NCBI GenBank assembly: GCA_951406725.2
Contig: OX597816.1
Location: 94,550,001-94,614,000 of the forward strand
Length of the DNA stretch: 64,000 nt
DNA from: Octopus vulgaris
Taxonomy: Eukaryota
Direction: 5' to 3'
The notes under the pieces were generated by a model. The model was not told where the DNA came from. It worked only from the letters and a program-made list of their open reading frames with translations, and did not search any database. Position 1 is the first letter of the stretch. Each line of letters begins with the position of its first letter. The position numbers were made by a program, and so were the translations under genes. Positions 63,578 to 64,000 of this stretch are shown one piece after another.

Positions 63578-64000
63578 TTATTTACAATTAATGGATATTT
63601 GTTCTCATCTTGTAAACACAATGTTTCGGCTGATATACCCTCCAGCCTCCATCAGGTGTCTTGGGGAAATTTCAAACCTGGGTTCTCATTCTTAAGGTAT
63701 TTTTTGATGTTGTTGCTATTATTATTATTATTATCATTCAGGTCACTGCCTGGAATCGAACTCGGAATCTTGGGATTAGTAGCCCACACTCTTAACTACT
63801 ACACCATATGCCCAAGATTCCGAGTTTGATTCCAGGCAGTGACCTGAATAAAAATAAATAATAACATCGAAAAATACCTTAAGAATGAGAACCCAGGTTC
63901 AAAATTTCCCCAAGACACCTGATGAAGGCTGGAGGGTATATCAGCCAAAATGTTGTGTTAACATACAAGATGAGGACAAATATCCGTCAATTGTAAATAA
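63578..64000 (-). mobile_element. tRNA-headed, hammerhead-tailed SINE-like element (family F): unit 63813->63578 plus an inverted 5'-truncated copy 63811->64000
   Basis: A box TGGTGTAGTAGTT (63806-63794) and B box GAGTTCGATTCC (63763-63752); arms 63578-63774 and 63811-64000 are reverse complements; runs off the window end. Confidence 0.8.
63912..63959 (+). ncRNA. Minimal type-I hammerhead ribozyme motif, decayed (second copy at 63614-63662, -)
   Basis: ACAC CTGATGA A GGCTG-gagggtatat-CAGCC (A/G)AAA (T/C)GTT GTGT. The two copies differ from the consensus ACAC CTGATGA A GGCTG..CAGCC GAAA CGTT GTGT at different positions. Confidence 0.65.

Noticed and set aside
63742-63813. Possible tRNA gene
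   Set aside because: Acceptor and anticodon stems do not pair properly and it is embedded in a repeat; treated as a SINE head.

Overview
AT-rich, intron-rich animal genomic DNA. The repeat landscape (tRNA-headed SINEs, RTE-type LINEs with (GAT)n tails, long (TA)n tracts) suggests an octopus or other coleoid cephalopod; this is inference. Three host genes can be reconstructed by hand. (1) ATG5 on +, 7 coding exons, 4397-12842, 268 aa. (2) A single-exon LRR type-I membrane protein of the trophoblast glycoprotein (TPBG/5T4) type on -, 37503-38699. (3) Head-to-head with it, a ~1551-aa protein with ten C2H2 fingers on +, 6 coding exons, 45793-59417. The rest is largely transposon-derived: four mariner elements or derivatives (one with a full-length ORF but a catalytic D->N change), a piggyBac-like element, RTE and other LINE fragments, and several SINE families. 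The most unusual signal is at 63021-64000. Two adjacent fold-back elements each carry minimal type-I hammerhead ribozyme motifs with a loopless palindromic stem III, and one sits behind a tRNA-derived Pol III head. A third small TSD-flanked repeat family (33982-34176, 50706-50849) may carry a U3-A8 hammerhead variant. Together they suggest a set of Penelope-dependent, ribozyme-bearing non-autonomous retroelements. All coordinates were counted by hand; repeat boundaries are approximate.
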